A stretch of 64,000 nt of DNA, from assembly GCA_000320545.1 (NCBI GenBank), contig ADNK01000630.1, forward strand, positions 1-64,000, read 5' to 3'. Position 1 is the first letter of the stretch. The number at the start of each line of letters is the position of its first letter. Made by a program: the position numbers and the translations under genes. This DNA comes from Bigelowiella natans CCMP2755 (Eukaryota > Protista > Cercozoa). A model generated the notes under the pieces. It ran no database searches, was not told where the DNA came from, and saw only the letters and a program-made list of their open reading frames with translations. Positions 39,201 through 51,369 of the stretch are shown here, piece by piece.

Positions 39201-41135
39201 ACCCTTAGCATGAATTCAGCCTGTCGGCAAAATTCCAATGTTATCAATGCAATACTTCTAATTTGAGGAGGCCATAACCAAAAAGATGAAGAATATCACA
39301 AAATTTATAAGCTCCATGGTACCCCTAAAAAGATTTAAATGCTATGGTGTTATAGGTTGTTTCTCAAAATTGGTGCTAGATTAAAGTACCCATTTCTTTC
39401 GGTGAATATTTGAAAACATAGAAAGCCAATAGATGCTGCAACTAGGATAGCACTCATCTGAAGTATTAATATCTTACTTATAAATCTTAAAATCTATTCA
39501 GAATGAATTTCACTGTGTTCGGTAGCTTTCCATCAATCCATAGCACAAGTTTTTCCTCCAGTTTCAGATCGGCCAAATAATCCTGTTCGAAATTTCGAGA
39601 TTACGGGGTTTCTAGATGGTTTACATGTTAACTGGGGTAGGTTACCGCATTCCTACTTTTTCTTTGTATTTTATTGTGCCTTTCTTCTTCCTCTCGGTTG
39701 AAATTCTGATTATTATTTAATTTAATATGATTTTTTGGGTAAGTATTGACATGTACCTTCAGAAACTGTCTAGTTTCAAACGTAAGCCTTGGACCCGTAT
39801 AATATTGAAAACGTTTGCTGCTGGCACTTTGAGGACTCTCTTTCATTCTTCTAAATTAATCATTTGAAGAAATAAAGAAACAACCCTCATGAATGTGTTG
39901 CTCATGCACACAGTAATTGGGGGAAAACATTGACCTGCGTTTTTCTGAATTATAAGCTTCGCTTAATTTATATGAATTCTGAGAAGATAAAGATGTGCAG
40001 TAACTAATCGCTTCTCATGACAATTTTGTAGCAGTAAAGTCTCTGCTTACCCTATTTGACTTTTTTGAAAAAGTTGAAGTTTCATACTGCGGATGTTCCA
40101 CTAATATATATTAGAGAGATTCCTAAATTCATAGCTGCTGTATCAGTTTTTACAAAGTGAGTTCATACCTCTAGAATCTGGATCTTCTATCCTCTCATCA
40201 CGGTAATCGTATTGAGGATCAACGGAGACTGGAGGCGGACGCCTAAGGTCAACAGATTCTGTGTGATGCTCGGGTCTGATCCTCCTCAGTCTTTCCTTTC
40301 GTGCATTTGCTTGCATTCTAGAGGAGGACTTTCTGCGTCGCATAGGTTCTGACATAGACTGAAGGTAGACTTTGCTTGTCTCTGTATCCTGTGTAAATTG
40401 TATTGTTTAGTCACGTACTTGCTCTCTTAGTTAAGGTAAGAATCACCGATTTCAAGGCCCTCGTTATCCTGTGTGAGCCAGTTGCAGCAACGCAGGGTTT
40501 CCGTTTCCGCTCCCATCGATTGTTTTCGTAGTCCTGTAACTGTTAATTGAGAATGAGTTAAGTTACCCTCGTGACAATTCATTTCATTTCGGATTACTAG
40601 TATTCCTTCTTGATATCGATTTACGTTGGATAATTTTGATTCTTTATCCTTCATAATATACGCTATGGATGGATCAGACTCATCTTCGTGGAGGAGTCGT
40701 GCAGCTGAGGAGACTAGATTTTGGTTCTAAGCAGAAAATATTATGACAAATCCATTTCACAAAACAAGTGAAGCGTAGTATCACCTTAATTTTTGGGTTT
40801 GAGTCCAAACCACTGTGAGAACTAAATTGCTGTGATCTTGTTGCCATTGACGACATTGAAGACTGAGAATGTATCTTCCGATGCCCATAATTTGTTGGCT
40901 CAGTGGTCAAGTACAAAGAATCTTGAAATAAGTTACAGAAATTTATTGTCCATGAATAGATAATTACATTGTGCTTACCTTGAGGGTATGCGATCTTGGG
41001 TTTGAACTTTGGCATCGATGGTGGGTCATCGTCATTGCGGTTGGAAGGTGATATGTCCTCGGAGCTGCCCTGCACTTTTCTATTTGGATTTGAACGATGA
41101 TGTTTCGCCATATAGGCGTCGTGTACAGTGTGCAT
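36279..41135 (-). CDS. Voltage-sensor domain (S1-S4) fused to a bestrophin-family anion channel
   Basis: Phase-consistent exon chain. S1 MSAILVAASIGFLCFQIF; S2 ELINFVIFFIFLAEFMLRV; S3 PMVYLDCFSI; S4 (exon 38927-38988) HAFRLLRLLRLMRIGK. Bestrophin motifs follow: YWYAPRHLF...NGTVLR..LW, AFLGLLLHISLSRWWETR (exon 38200-38288), GLLTLKERKKL...AYSW, IETP|VPYIYTHLV, EGILE|VHSSLSTPF|GYTAVDFP. There is a long low-complexity N-terminus whose 5' exons are less certain. Confidence 0.85.
36490..36598 (-). repeat. 36-bp coding tandem repeat (GSGSRLRRNDQD) in the C-terminal tail of the VSD-bestrophin
   Basis: NQDGGSGSRLRRNDQDTGSGSRLRRNDQDMGSGSKCRR in ORF 36279..36731. Confidence 0.9.
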
Positions 41136-41439
41136 CGTGCCCAAATAGATACAAGTTTACTTCAACTAGATATTGGGGAAAACACAGAATTAGAAAGACA
41201 TTTATCAGAATAACACAGCGACCTTCTCTTTGTGGCCGTGCTCACACGAAATTATACCTTTTTATTGTTGTGGTACTCAAAGATTTGTTAAAGATAACGT
41301 AGGATCATACTAAATAAAGAGATCCTAATAACATGGCATCCTGTATCAACAATCAAACCAACAGAAATATTTAAATTTTTCTGTACGCACGCATTGTTAC
41401 TTGAGCACTTGCTTGGGAAGGAAACTAAGGCCTGCGGCA

Positions 41440-42100
41440 ACACAATGAAACTTCTGCATAAATTTAAGTGCATTCCTTCACTTTGACATCACATTTTATT
41501 TGTCGTTGTATTTGATTTGGGAGCGGTCCACACTCTTTGCAAGAAATACAGGGGGAAACGGTTCCTTCAGGACGTTTGTTCCACAAAAATGCACAAAATA
41601 GTCGCTACCACAGTACCAATTCAACCCTCTGCACAGAACCAATTCATCGATTCACTTGTTCATTTTTGACATTTTCAACATTCATGAATGCATGAATGCA
41701 AGACTTCCATGTTCGTTGATGGCCTCTGAACGAAGCAAAAAAGGACTGCAACGGGTTTCGATAAAAATTCGGCTGAAACCTGGTTGCGCACTACTGTCGT
41801 TGTCCGTTTGTTGTGCTTGCAAACACAAAACAGCAGGATTTGTTCAACAGGATTCGTTGTTCGGCAAAAAACATCAACTACGCCGAGGCCATTGAGCACG
41901 TTCCGAGATAGATAAATGTCGCACATATGAAATACAAGCTAAAAGGACAAGCAGTATGATATAGGTGGATGTCGCACATGTGAAATGCAATCTAGGATTG
42001 CCTTTATGTGCATCATCGAAGCGCATCAAGTTTTTTCTTTTAGACCACTCCCTGGCGCAGAAAGTTCGAAGTGATCCGACAAGAGAAAATGACTATTCCT
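41440..42100. other. TpA-depleted segment containing a 30-bp imperfect direct repeat
   Basis: 3 TA in 41621-41880 despite AT-richness. The repeat copies 41908-41937 and 41961-41990 differ only by five A/G changes. Confidence 0.75.
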
Positions 42101-42231
42101 AAACTTGTTCAAGCGTTCCGAGGGGGAAATCTTCAATTGTGAGCAAAAAAGAGAGAAGAGTTCTCCATTGTTTCTTTCTTTCTGCACTTGGCATAGTTAT
42201 ACACAACTAGCACGACGCTGTAACAACGACG

Positions 42232-42448
42232 ATGGGGAATGAGTTCAGTCGAGAGGAACTACAACTGGTGGGTGGTCCACCCGATGCCATCACAACGATC
42301 AACATATAAATATCATGATTGTGATGTTTTTTAGGAACTTATTCAGTTGACATGGAAGCTAGCGTTTGATAGGGACTTCCACTCGGTTTGAAATCTATTT
42401 GTGTTCACATCTGAAGTCGTCGTAAACGCAGGGAGAGAGAAAGAGGGA

Positions 42449-42486
<38 letters not shown>

Positions 42487-43874
42487 CCTGTAACCATATA
42501 TTCATTGTATTCATGTTGAAGCATTTTTCCTCAGATGCTCAACCCTCCCCAAACAATATATTCGAATGAAGTTAATTCGAATATCAAAGCTATACCAAGC
42601 GTCTCAACGTACGAACACGTGTCTCTTACGATGATATTATGGTGTTTCATTTCAATCATAACAGGCCTCTTTTTTAAACATTATCTCAGTCTTGATGACA
42701 CAGCCGAAGCTACATCTCGGATTGACGATAATACGAAGGGTTGGCGTCCATGTGATGAAAATAAGAGCGAGAATCAGCGGCATGCTGCACGTTTCCAGTC
42801 ATTCGATATCGAATTTGTCGGAAACTATTTTAAAGAGTGCCCCGATTTAAGGTTCGAAAATCCATTACCTGACCGACAAGGGAAAACAAATGCTCTCTTA
42901 TTCTTGTAAATTCTTGTAAAAATATGATGATGAATACGATGATTGATACATTTCAGAAATCGCTTTGCGAAGGAAATTTTAATAGTAGCTAAAATGATTA
43001 CTGGATTTATAAAAGGAATTATTTTCAACAAGGTGTGTATTGTTAGTTATATTATCAACCCTGATCGTAATATATTCCAGTCGAAAGTAGACGCCATGAT
43101 TTCCAGATTCGTAAAGTCGCACGCTCGCTATGCGTTAGAGAAGAAACATTTCGAGGGGTAAGACAAAACGTTGAACAATCTCGGTGCGTCTTACTACAGC
43201 AGTAATCTCAGGTTTACAAAGGCAATCGTCACAACAGTACAATTTTTTTGGGCAATTTTGGGCATGTATTTAGTGTTTGTGCCATAGGTAGTTTCAAGGA
43301 TAGGAAGATTTGGATCACCAAAGATACAAGAATTATGGACCAAAGTATGAGTAGCCCCAAAGTACGCTATATTTTCATTGTGAAATTTTAGACACATCTC
43401 AGGTGTCTACCGTACTGAGAAGGCGAATGTGGAAGGTAAAATTTGTAGTTGAAAATCCTTACTTTTCATTGGGCGATACAATGCTCAAACACGTTCGATT
43501 TTTACACTGCCTAATTTTTATTTTATTTTAGGCTTACAGTCATAACATGAGGAGAAATAGTAGTCAGAGCACTATAAAAAGTGGTAGTAAAAGTAGTAGT
43601 GGAGGTAGTGGAGGTAGTCAGAAAGTAGGCATGAGAGGTAATTCCAGTCCAAGATCGCCGACAGGATGGATTACACCCCCGAAACTACAAAAGCACTCAT
43701 CAAAGAGTAATGCCAAACAAAGAACGATTAAATGCCTTGTTCATAATCTGTGCATCTGTTTCAATAGATACCGGATATACAAGCAGTTCATGTGATGAAG
43801 ATGATCGCAAAAACATTGACCGACTTCAAGTTCCGAGGAACGACGATGAAAAAAACATGTCAAAGGCGACATGA
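42232..43874 (+). CDS. Single-domain 3/3 globin with possible N-myristoylation and Ser/Gly-rich tail
   Basis: MGNEFSREELQL|ELIQLTWK (A helix); FDIEFVGNYFKECPDLR|NRF (B/C/CD1); MISRFVKSHARYALEKKHFEG|FTKAIVTT|VVSRIG...IQELWTK|VSTVLRRRM (F8 His, G and H helices). Confidence 0.72.
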
Positions 43875-43879
43875 AATGG

Positions 43880-45000
43880 CATTGTGTGCTAGAAGTAAGA
43901 GGGCACAGTCTATGAAATGGAATCAAGTTTGCTTTCAGCATGAATGAGGGAAAGACACCAAGAAGCACATCAGCCAGAATGACCTTTTTCCATTGTTAGA
44001 TTGCACAAGCTTGCTTGCTTGCGGAAAACAACAAGTGAGGGTGAGACGACTGCGTCATTCGCCATCTCTACCCTCGCCAATGGCCCATTGATCCTAGCCA
44101 AAATTACTTGATTGCAACAATTCATTGTGGCATGCGCAATACTGCTGCGTGAAGTTCCATGTTCGATTTTCGATGCCCACATGACTGTGGAAGCAGCACA
44201 CGCTGCGTGCACAGTGTGTGGTGCATGCTAGCATGCATCGCTCACGTCCATTGTTGACATTCCCATGCAAAATTCAAAAACTTGCACACAAGCTTTGTGC
44301 ATCATGATTTTTGTTTGCACCATGTGGATTTGTATCAATGCTTTGCTCAACATTCAACACACCTAGACACCAGCACGTGCGGGGCTTCCGCATGCAAACG
44401 TCTGTTTCCGCCATGTGATCTGTGTTCACCTTTGCGCAGCGCACTTTTTGCATCACAATGCGAATTTCAATGTTTCAACCTAGCAACGCACAGCGCCAGC
44501 AGTGGTTGTGGCTTGCAACAAACACAATCCCAGCTGTTGTTTTTCATTCTCTGGCTGGCAACTCCAGAACTGTGACGTCACTTGCGTTTGTTTGTGCACC
44601 GTGTGCACGTTGAAGCTCTGAAGCTTCCTGCAACTGTGGCTGTGCTGCAGCTGCAGCTGCGCCGCGCACGGCACAGATCTCACCGTGGAAGACCTCACCC
44701 ACTCATCACACGTGCACGCAACAAGTGTGTGAACGAGTGAATGTGAACATGAACGAAGTGATTCAGTTGGAGCTGTGTGTGCAAAGAGCGGTTGGAAAAA
44801 TCATGGACACGCTGCCTCATCCTTGGCATCGCCAATCTATTAGAACACGGAGAAAAAAATAGGGTTTGTTTCACATTCGCCGGCATCGGCCACGCTCAGA
44901 CAACCTTGGGAGGGCACAGATGTGCATGGTTCGATGTGCACACATCGACGCTTTTGGCACACCATTCCCGCCTGCAAGCAGCATTAACAGCGACAATTCG
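43880..45000. other. Strongly TpA-erased intergenic island
   Basis: 4 TA in 44161-44820 (660 bp), 3 of them in CTAG, and none in 44483-44836. CpG is plentiful. Confidence 0.92.
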
Positions 45001-45108
45001 GATTCATTGTCGCTACAACAAAATCCTCTTCAGTTTTCCCCAAAAACAGCCAACATATATCAGTGAAGTCATCTGTTAGAGCACCTGCCAAGCTCATTGG
45101 CCCTTTCA

Positions 45109-46318
45109 ATGGCGCCCCCCTCACCCTCCTCATCTTCCTCATCATCCTCTTTATCTGACCTCAATGAACTTAGCAACATCTACCAACTTGTCCACATCGA
45201 TCACAAAGACACCCTTGATGAGGGATTGTTGGCGACAATTGTGGAGGGAGGCGTCTTAACTATGAAGTACTACTGTCCAGTGTGGATACAGTCTTTTTCA
45301 TCTTCTTAGGCTCATTCTAAGCTGCAGATGTTCTCAGGGTTACCAATGTGCAGGATACATGGGGGGGACAATTCGGCATTCCGGAGCTCAGGAAGCATGT
45401 GCGGTCAACAGTACATACCACTAGCACATCTCACACGTGCTTTCCTCATTAGATCGAAGGCGCAGGTTTGAAGAATATTCCTGTAAAAGAGATGATTCAT
45501 AGAATTTTGCGATCGTTGAGCAAACCTGGTGGATTAGAGCTCCATGTTGACAAAGCATCAGTCCCTCAAGGCAGTGATAGAAGAGCCACGCTATTCGTCA
45601 ACTACAATGTTGATGGTATTCCGCTCCAAGGAAGGTTGCACAAATTAATGGATATATCTGTGAGAGTTCGTTTATATTTGCCACTACTGCAGATTTAAAC
45701 TGGTACGAATGAAGCTGGCGGATGAATCAGGCACAGAGAGCCAAGCAAAGGCTGTCATGGATATCATACGAGACCTTGTCAGCACACTCAATAATGGTAG
45801 GTGACCACTCCCAACAAATTCGTGCAAAAAAAGTAGATGGTAAGACTGGTTGATTACATCTGGTCCATTGAAGGCGTTTCAGCATCTAACAAACTGGGAT
45901 CGACGAGTTCATACGAACAGAAGATAACAACGCTAGAGGTTACGATGACAAACCATTTCCCGTGAGGATGCCTTAAGAACATGCATACATTATTCTTAGG
46001 AGAAGCTCAAATCATTACAAAATGAATTAGATGCGGAGCGCGCCCTCCGTACACAGTGCATGCTGGAATCATCATCCTCCACGGGTTCTTACTATTCCCC
46101 GCTCTAGAATGGCATGCAATGACCTCTATTATTTAATCAATCAGGGGCACCTTTGAAGGAAAAAAAGGCTCGCAAACCGAAGCTCCAGAATCGAAACATT
46201 GTGAATCCATTGATTCGAAGGTCTTAAAAAACGATTCAATTTTTATTTAAATTTAATCTAATGGTTTCTGTTCGATAGGAGAAAACGACAAAAGGTCCAG
46301 GTAGGACGGAGACGGTGA
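45109..46318 (+). CDS. Head-domain plus coiled-coil protein, possibly PAXX/XRCC4-superfamily NHEJ factor
   Basis: A phase-consistent multi-exon ORF with a beta-rich head (ATLFVNYNVDGIPLQGRFKL), a coiled coil (YEQKITTLE|EKLKSLQNELDAER) and a C-terminal NIVNPLIRRRKR resembling the PAXX SLINP Ku-binding motif. The family call is tentative. Confidence 0.5.
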
Positions 46319-47030
46319 GATAAGACAGCTAGCTGGCACAGAGTTGTAAGACAGGGATACTCGGATGTGCTTCGTGTCAATTTGGTGTTCGTTGTACATA
46401 TGTTGTGGCAAGTTGCAAAGAAGATATCTATGCCATGTCGTAGTCATAGCCCGGAAGACGCCTCCAATGTGATCGACCGGCACAACAACATACATGTCGC
46501 AGCATGCACCTGGTAGCCTGGCCTGCTCGGTCATAGTACATGCATAGAATACTGATGTAGTCCATCGGTGACAATGAGCACGAATACTTGCATGTCTGCC
46601 GCCGAATTTCAGGAGGCATGCGTGCAACATACATGTCAGTCATGGTTCAAACTTGCACGTAGAAGCCAATGAAAGTGGCTGCGTAAATTGTAGCGCCGCT
46701 GTGTACTAGTTTATGCTGTAGCTTGTTATTCCGAAATTGCTTTGTGGACGCGATTCCGCTCGCTGGCAGTCAGCTCGGTAAATCTAGACCTAAAGACTTA
46801 GGTAATGCGGTCGTCTGTCACATGTGATGTAGCGTAGACGCAAGCATGAATGCATCTAGACGCTGCTACAATAGTACTTTTGCGATGTACGCTGATATGA
46901 AACTTAAATCGCGACAACAATACGCAATGCGAGTCTCGTTTTCATTGCTATCTAGCTATGCGGCGATCGCGGACCATATGGCAACAATTCGACCTCCTTC
47001 GTGTACATGCACTTCATTCCAATCCTGTCA

Positions 47031-47226
47031 TCACTCCGTAATTACATGAAAGAAAACAGTGACAGATGATGACCAACTCATTCGATATTTTTGGCTTCCA
47101 ATTAGTTTTATTCTGCTCCCATTTAGTCTTTTCGACAAAGTTAAAATCTGAGGATGAAGCAATTCAGACTTTAAGCATGGACACTATGACACGACCGCGC
47201 GCGCGCGCGCGCACACACACACACAC

Positions 47227-47266
<40 letters not shown>

Positions 47267-47885
47267 ATATTAAAGCTCGCACGCATAAAATAAGGACCAA
47301 ATAAATAATAATTGTGTGTTTATTAATATTCACATTTGTGTACACGCAGCTCGCACGCGTGTGTGTATATGTTTGCGTAAGCGTGAGGGTTGGACTTATA
47401 TGCATAGTATATGTCAAGGAAGCATATGTTATTGCTTTATACTATGTAATGAAACAGTGAAAGGGACTTACTGCTACTCAATTAACAAATTTCGATAACG
47501 TTTCAATCACCTGCGCTCCTTTTTTAAGGTCTTCCACGCATTTATGTGCTATCCGAGAGAGGATATCTTCACTGAAAGCAGTAGAGGCTACAAAAATAAC
47601 CTGTTAAACGAAAATATACTCACTATATAACGGAAAGTCAACTATCTTCAACGTATCGAGCGCGCCTAGAAATTCAACAATAAATTTTGCAAACATATTC
47701 TTGATAATATGAGTATAACCATATTTCCATAAAAAGTATTCCTAGAAAGGAGGAGTTGTCGTTTATAACGAGGGAGAACGTACGAATTAAAGCAGAAATT
47801 AATACTATGTTACATCTGCCAAGTTCCAGGATAACGACGAAGATGATGCCACTGTTGCAGTTGTCTTTGTTGTTGTTGTTGTTGT

Positions 47886-47917
<32 letters not shown>

Positions 47918-49221
47918 GTGTCGATGGTGATGACAACGACTTGGTACTGAACATGTCCTCATTTACGAATTTTACAGACTTCATTCTTTCCAAGAATAAA
48001 GAACTCTCCTGTGATGATGAGGAAGAGGATGATGATGAAAATGACGATATTCTCTGTGCCAGCTCTCGCAGACGTTCCTCTGAAAGATAAATTGATTTTT
48101 TGATTGTTATAATTTGAAGGTATCCTCTCCAATAATTCCATTTTTGTTTCACCTGCAACATTATGAAGAGACTTGACGATCTCAACACCCGTGCATCTAA
48201 TAGGGTTAGTAGTAAACTGTTGTCATCACCAGAAGCATGGCAACAAGCGTCTACCATCCTTATATCCTTACCATCACCACCACCATCGTCATCATCGTCA
48301 TCATCATTATCATCGTGACTCTCCACCGGTACCTTTGGAACCCAATGGCTATCGATGCTATCAGAACGGCTTTACCAGTGCCGCTGCCTAGATACAAAAA
48401 AAGTTAAATTAATTGTTAATGTTGAGAAATGACAACTACATTTGTTCCTAGGCAGCAAACAACTACATTGGTCGTCGTACCCACCAAGATCACAGAAATG
48501 CTTTGCATGTGGGTTCAGAGACTTCACACGCATGAGAATGTGGGCAAAAGACCAAAAGGTAACCTAGATGCATCATATTCTTATTATTTAACGCAAATTT
48601 GATTCCAGTCCTCTGTTTTTTAAGGAAGCCGCATGTAATTGATAACATACTCCTAGTACTAATTACTAGGTTGATGAAAATCCTTGTCGGCACCATCACA
48701 TACCTCGCCATATGTGAGCATTCTTGTTGATATACTGCGACCTTTGTAATAGTATCAGTTATTATGTGGCACAGTATAAATCAGACATAAATCTAACACC
48801 GGAATTACTATTATTATTATTACTACTACTACTACTACTACTACTTCATGGAAGCGCTTTTTTGTTGTACCTTCAGCTTCGAATATTTTTGCCTCCCTCT
48901 GTGAAAGCTTCCGTGCATCGCTTGGAGTCGTCTTCACAAAAATAGAAGATAGAAGCTTGTATGCTTCTTGGCTACAGAATAGCAATCGATGTTTAACAGT
49001 CAATGGGAAATAATTGCTACTAAATATTAATATGGAATACGTGACTCACAATGCCATACATTCAATCAACTACATTGGCTTTGTGCTAAGCTTTATCCTC
49101 ATATCTTCGTCCAATATACCAGTGCAATCCAAGCACACCATTGACCTTCATCAAAATTTTATATGGTATGATAACATCTTGTTCCGTGTATGTCCATATG
49201 CATGTATGGAGGGTGGGAGAG

Positions 49222-49274
<53 letters not shown>

Positions 49275-49619
49275 AAAAGAATATTTCGAGGCCTAAAAAT
49301 GTATTGACCATGATGATCATTTATTCTGAAAATTTCAGACTGCATTGATGGTGCTGCTACTAAAATACCTTGGATGATTGCAGCCGACAATATGATGCAA
49401 ATCCACAGTTGTAGTTGTAGTGGTACTGCTACTGCTACTGCTGCTGCTTTGACAGCAGTATCCGGGATTTATACTGCGTTTCTTCGTTTCATAGAGAGAG
49501 GTAGATTGAACTTGGTGTTTTTTGTCAAGTTCTCTCTCCTGATGAACTGTCGCCGGAAAAGTAGATTCTCGACTGGAAAATAACCCACTGCAAGAACACG
49601 TTTTTCATCACAATACACA

Positions 49620-49681
<62 letters not shown>

Positions 49682-49834
49682 GAGAGAGAGAGAGAGAACG
49701 AGACACAAGTTTCTTGAGAACGCAGGGGAACTTTCACGGAAATGAGATTTCATTGACCTTGTTTTATTTTTAACATTGTCTTTTGCCTTCTGCGCATAGT
49801 ATTTCGCCTTTGCTTTTGCACGATAATCCTCCAT
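47031..49834 (-). CDS. DOT1-like class I SAM-dependent methyltransferase
   Basis: MLTYGEV, FCDL|GSGTGKAVLIAS (motif I), VKFVNEDMF, AD|VIFVASTAF, LKKGAQ|ILTLSK, and the C-terminal MSW motif. Confidence 0.75.
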
Positions 49835-50379
49835 GAAAGAAGGGGGAATGTTTCTTCTTCTTCTTCTTCTTCAAATTTTGCTTCTGCTTCTCCCTCTCTT
49901 CCCCTTACTCTTCCTCCTCAAATTTGCATGTTCCCCATGGTAGCTGGCACAAGGTCAGGCGACGGTCATCGATTAAAGGCGGATCAGAGTACTGGTATAC
50001 GAGTACGATGCGCACTAATTTTATGTTAAATTAAAGGCGATCAAGATACTGCGACTTGGGATAGATAATCCTAGTTATTTTATATTTGTGAGCGAAGGAT
50101 GTCATGTTGACGCATGAGGTAAATCATAGGCCATTTTCCTAAAAAATATAGTGTTGTCGTTGCATCAGGGAGTTGACCGGGTTTCTCATTCCCTCCCCTC
50201 TCTCACGGCTCAACCATCAGGGGGAAGAGGTCAACTTAAAAAATAATACATTTGGCGTTAGAAAACACACAAAGATAAAACAGTGAATCTGTAGGTTGTG
50301 GTACTAGCCTGTTTGGTTGAGTTAAGCGCTCATCATTATCATCATCATCATATCATCATGTGCATTGTTACACAGATCA

Positions 50380-51101
50380 ATGGCATCCAGCAGTTCGTCT
50401 ACTCATGCACCACCTCTCCCTTCCTCCCAGAGCGACTCAAAAATAGATCCAAGCTCCAGCATAAGTCCACCCTCCTTTCCAAATAAAGGTTCCTCCGCGT
50501 TTCCCCCAATGCTTCGCTCTCCCCAGCAATCTTCTGCTCCGCCTTCAGGACTACAGCTTCCAGCTTTGGTGCGCTCAAGCAGCTCGGGGCGACCACATTT
50601 CAGGTAGTAGTTCTTTGGCAACAATAATTATTTGAGAGAGTATAACTTTCACGTCTTGAGTGTGAAATATATTATGCCATGCAAATATCATGCACATCAA
50701 AGCCAAAAATACCATGCGTGGTTGTAACAGCAATTATGATGCTTGTTGTCTTAATATTCACACGTGCGTAACTTAGTGGCGGAGACTGGAGGATCAATGT
50801 TGCAATAGAGGAAAGAACAGCCGTAAGAGAGAAGATTACTGCTGCATACAAGAAGAATTGCCCGTCCTATGAAGACTTACTCCAGCTTTGCGTCGCAGTG
50901 GATGAGGAGCTCATCTTTTCTGGATGCAACAGCCGAATGGAATACTTCAAAAATGCTGTCCAATGGAACAATCGACTGCTTGTCAAGTCTAAACAATTAA
51001 ATGGTAAAGTAAAGCTTGGAGGATCATCCAATGGGAGTTCGTCTGCCAAGCGACCCCTTTCATCGACATCCACCGCTCAATTGCAGAAACGAGCAAAGTA
51101 A
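50380..51101 (+). CDS. KIX-domain (Med15 KIX_2-like) small nuclear protein
   Basis: Pro/Ser-rich exon 1, then exon 2 GDWRINVAIEERTAVREKITAAY...LCVAVDEELIFSGCNSRMEYF, matching the DWR...R...KI...EExIF...SxxxY pattern. Confidence 0.62.
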
Positions 51102-51369
51102 CACTGATTGTAAAGTGGGAGGATTGAGGAATTACACGCTTCATCAATTGATTCATTGCGTAAATGATATGGACTCAACAAATTCCATATACGTAATTTG
51201 GAATTTATCTACTTTTTTCAAAGTCTCCGTTACCAGTAGCAACTTCAATTATTAAACATTAAAATTGTTTTAACATGGAAGCAGCAGCGTCAACAAGCCC
51301 ATAAAATTTTTTCTACTATAGAATTATTGTTTTCGGCTACCACGACTATTACTACTACTGCAAAGGTAG

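Noticed and set aside
21629-43874. Functional cluster of bicarbonate-sensing cyclase, bestrophin and globin
   Set aside because: Eukaryotic gene neighbourhood is weak evidence, an unrelated RMD1 gene intervenes, and no shared regulatory motif was seen.
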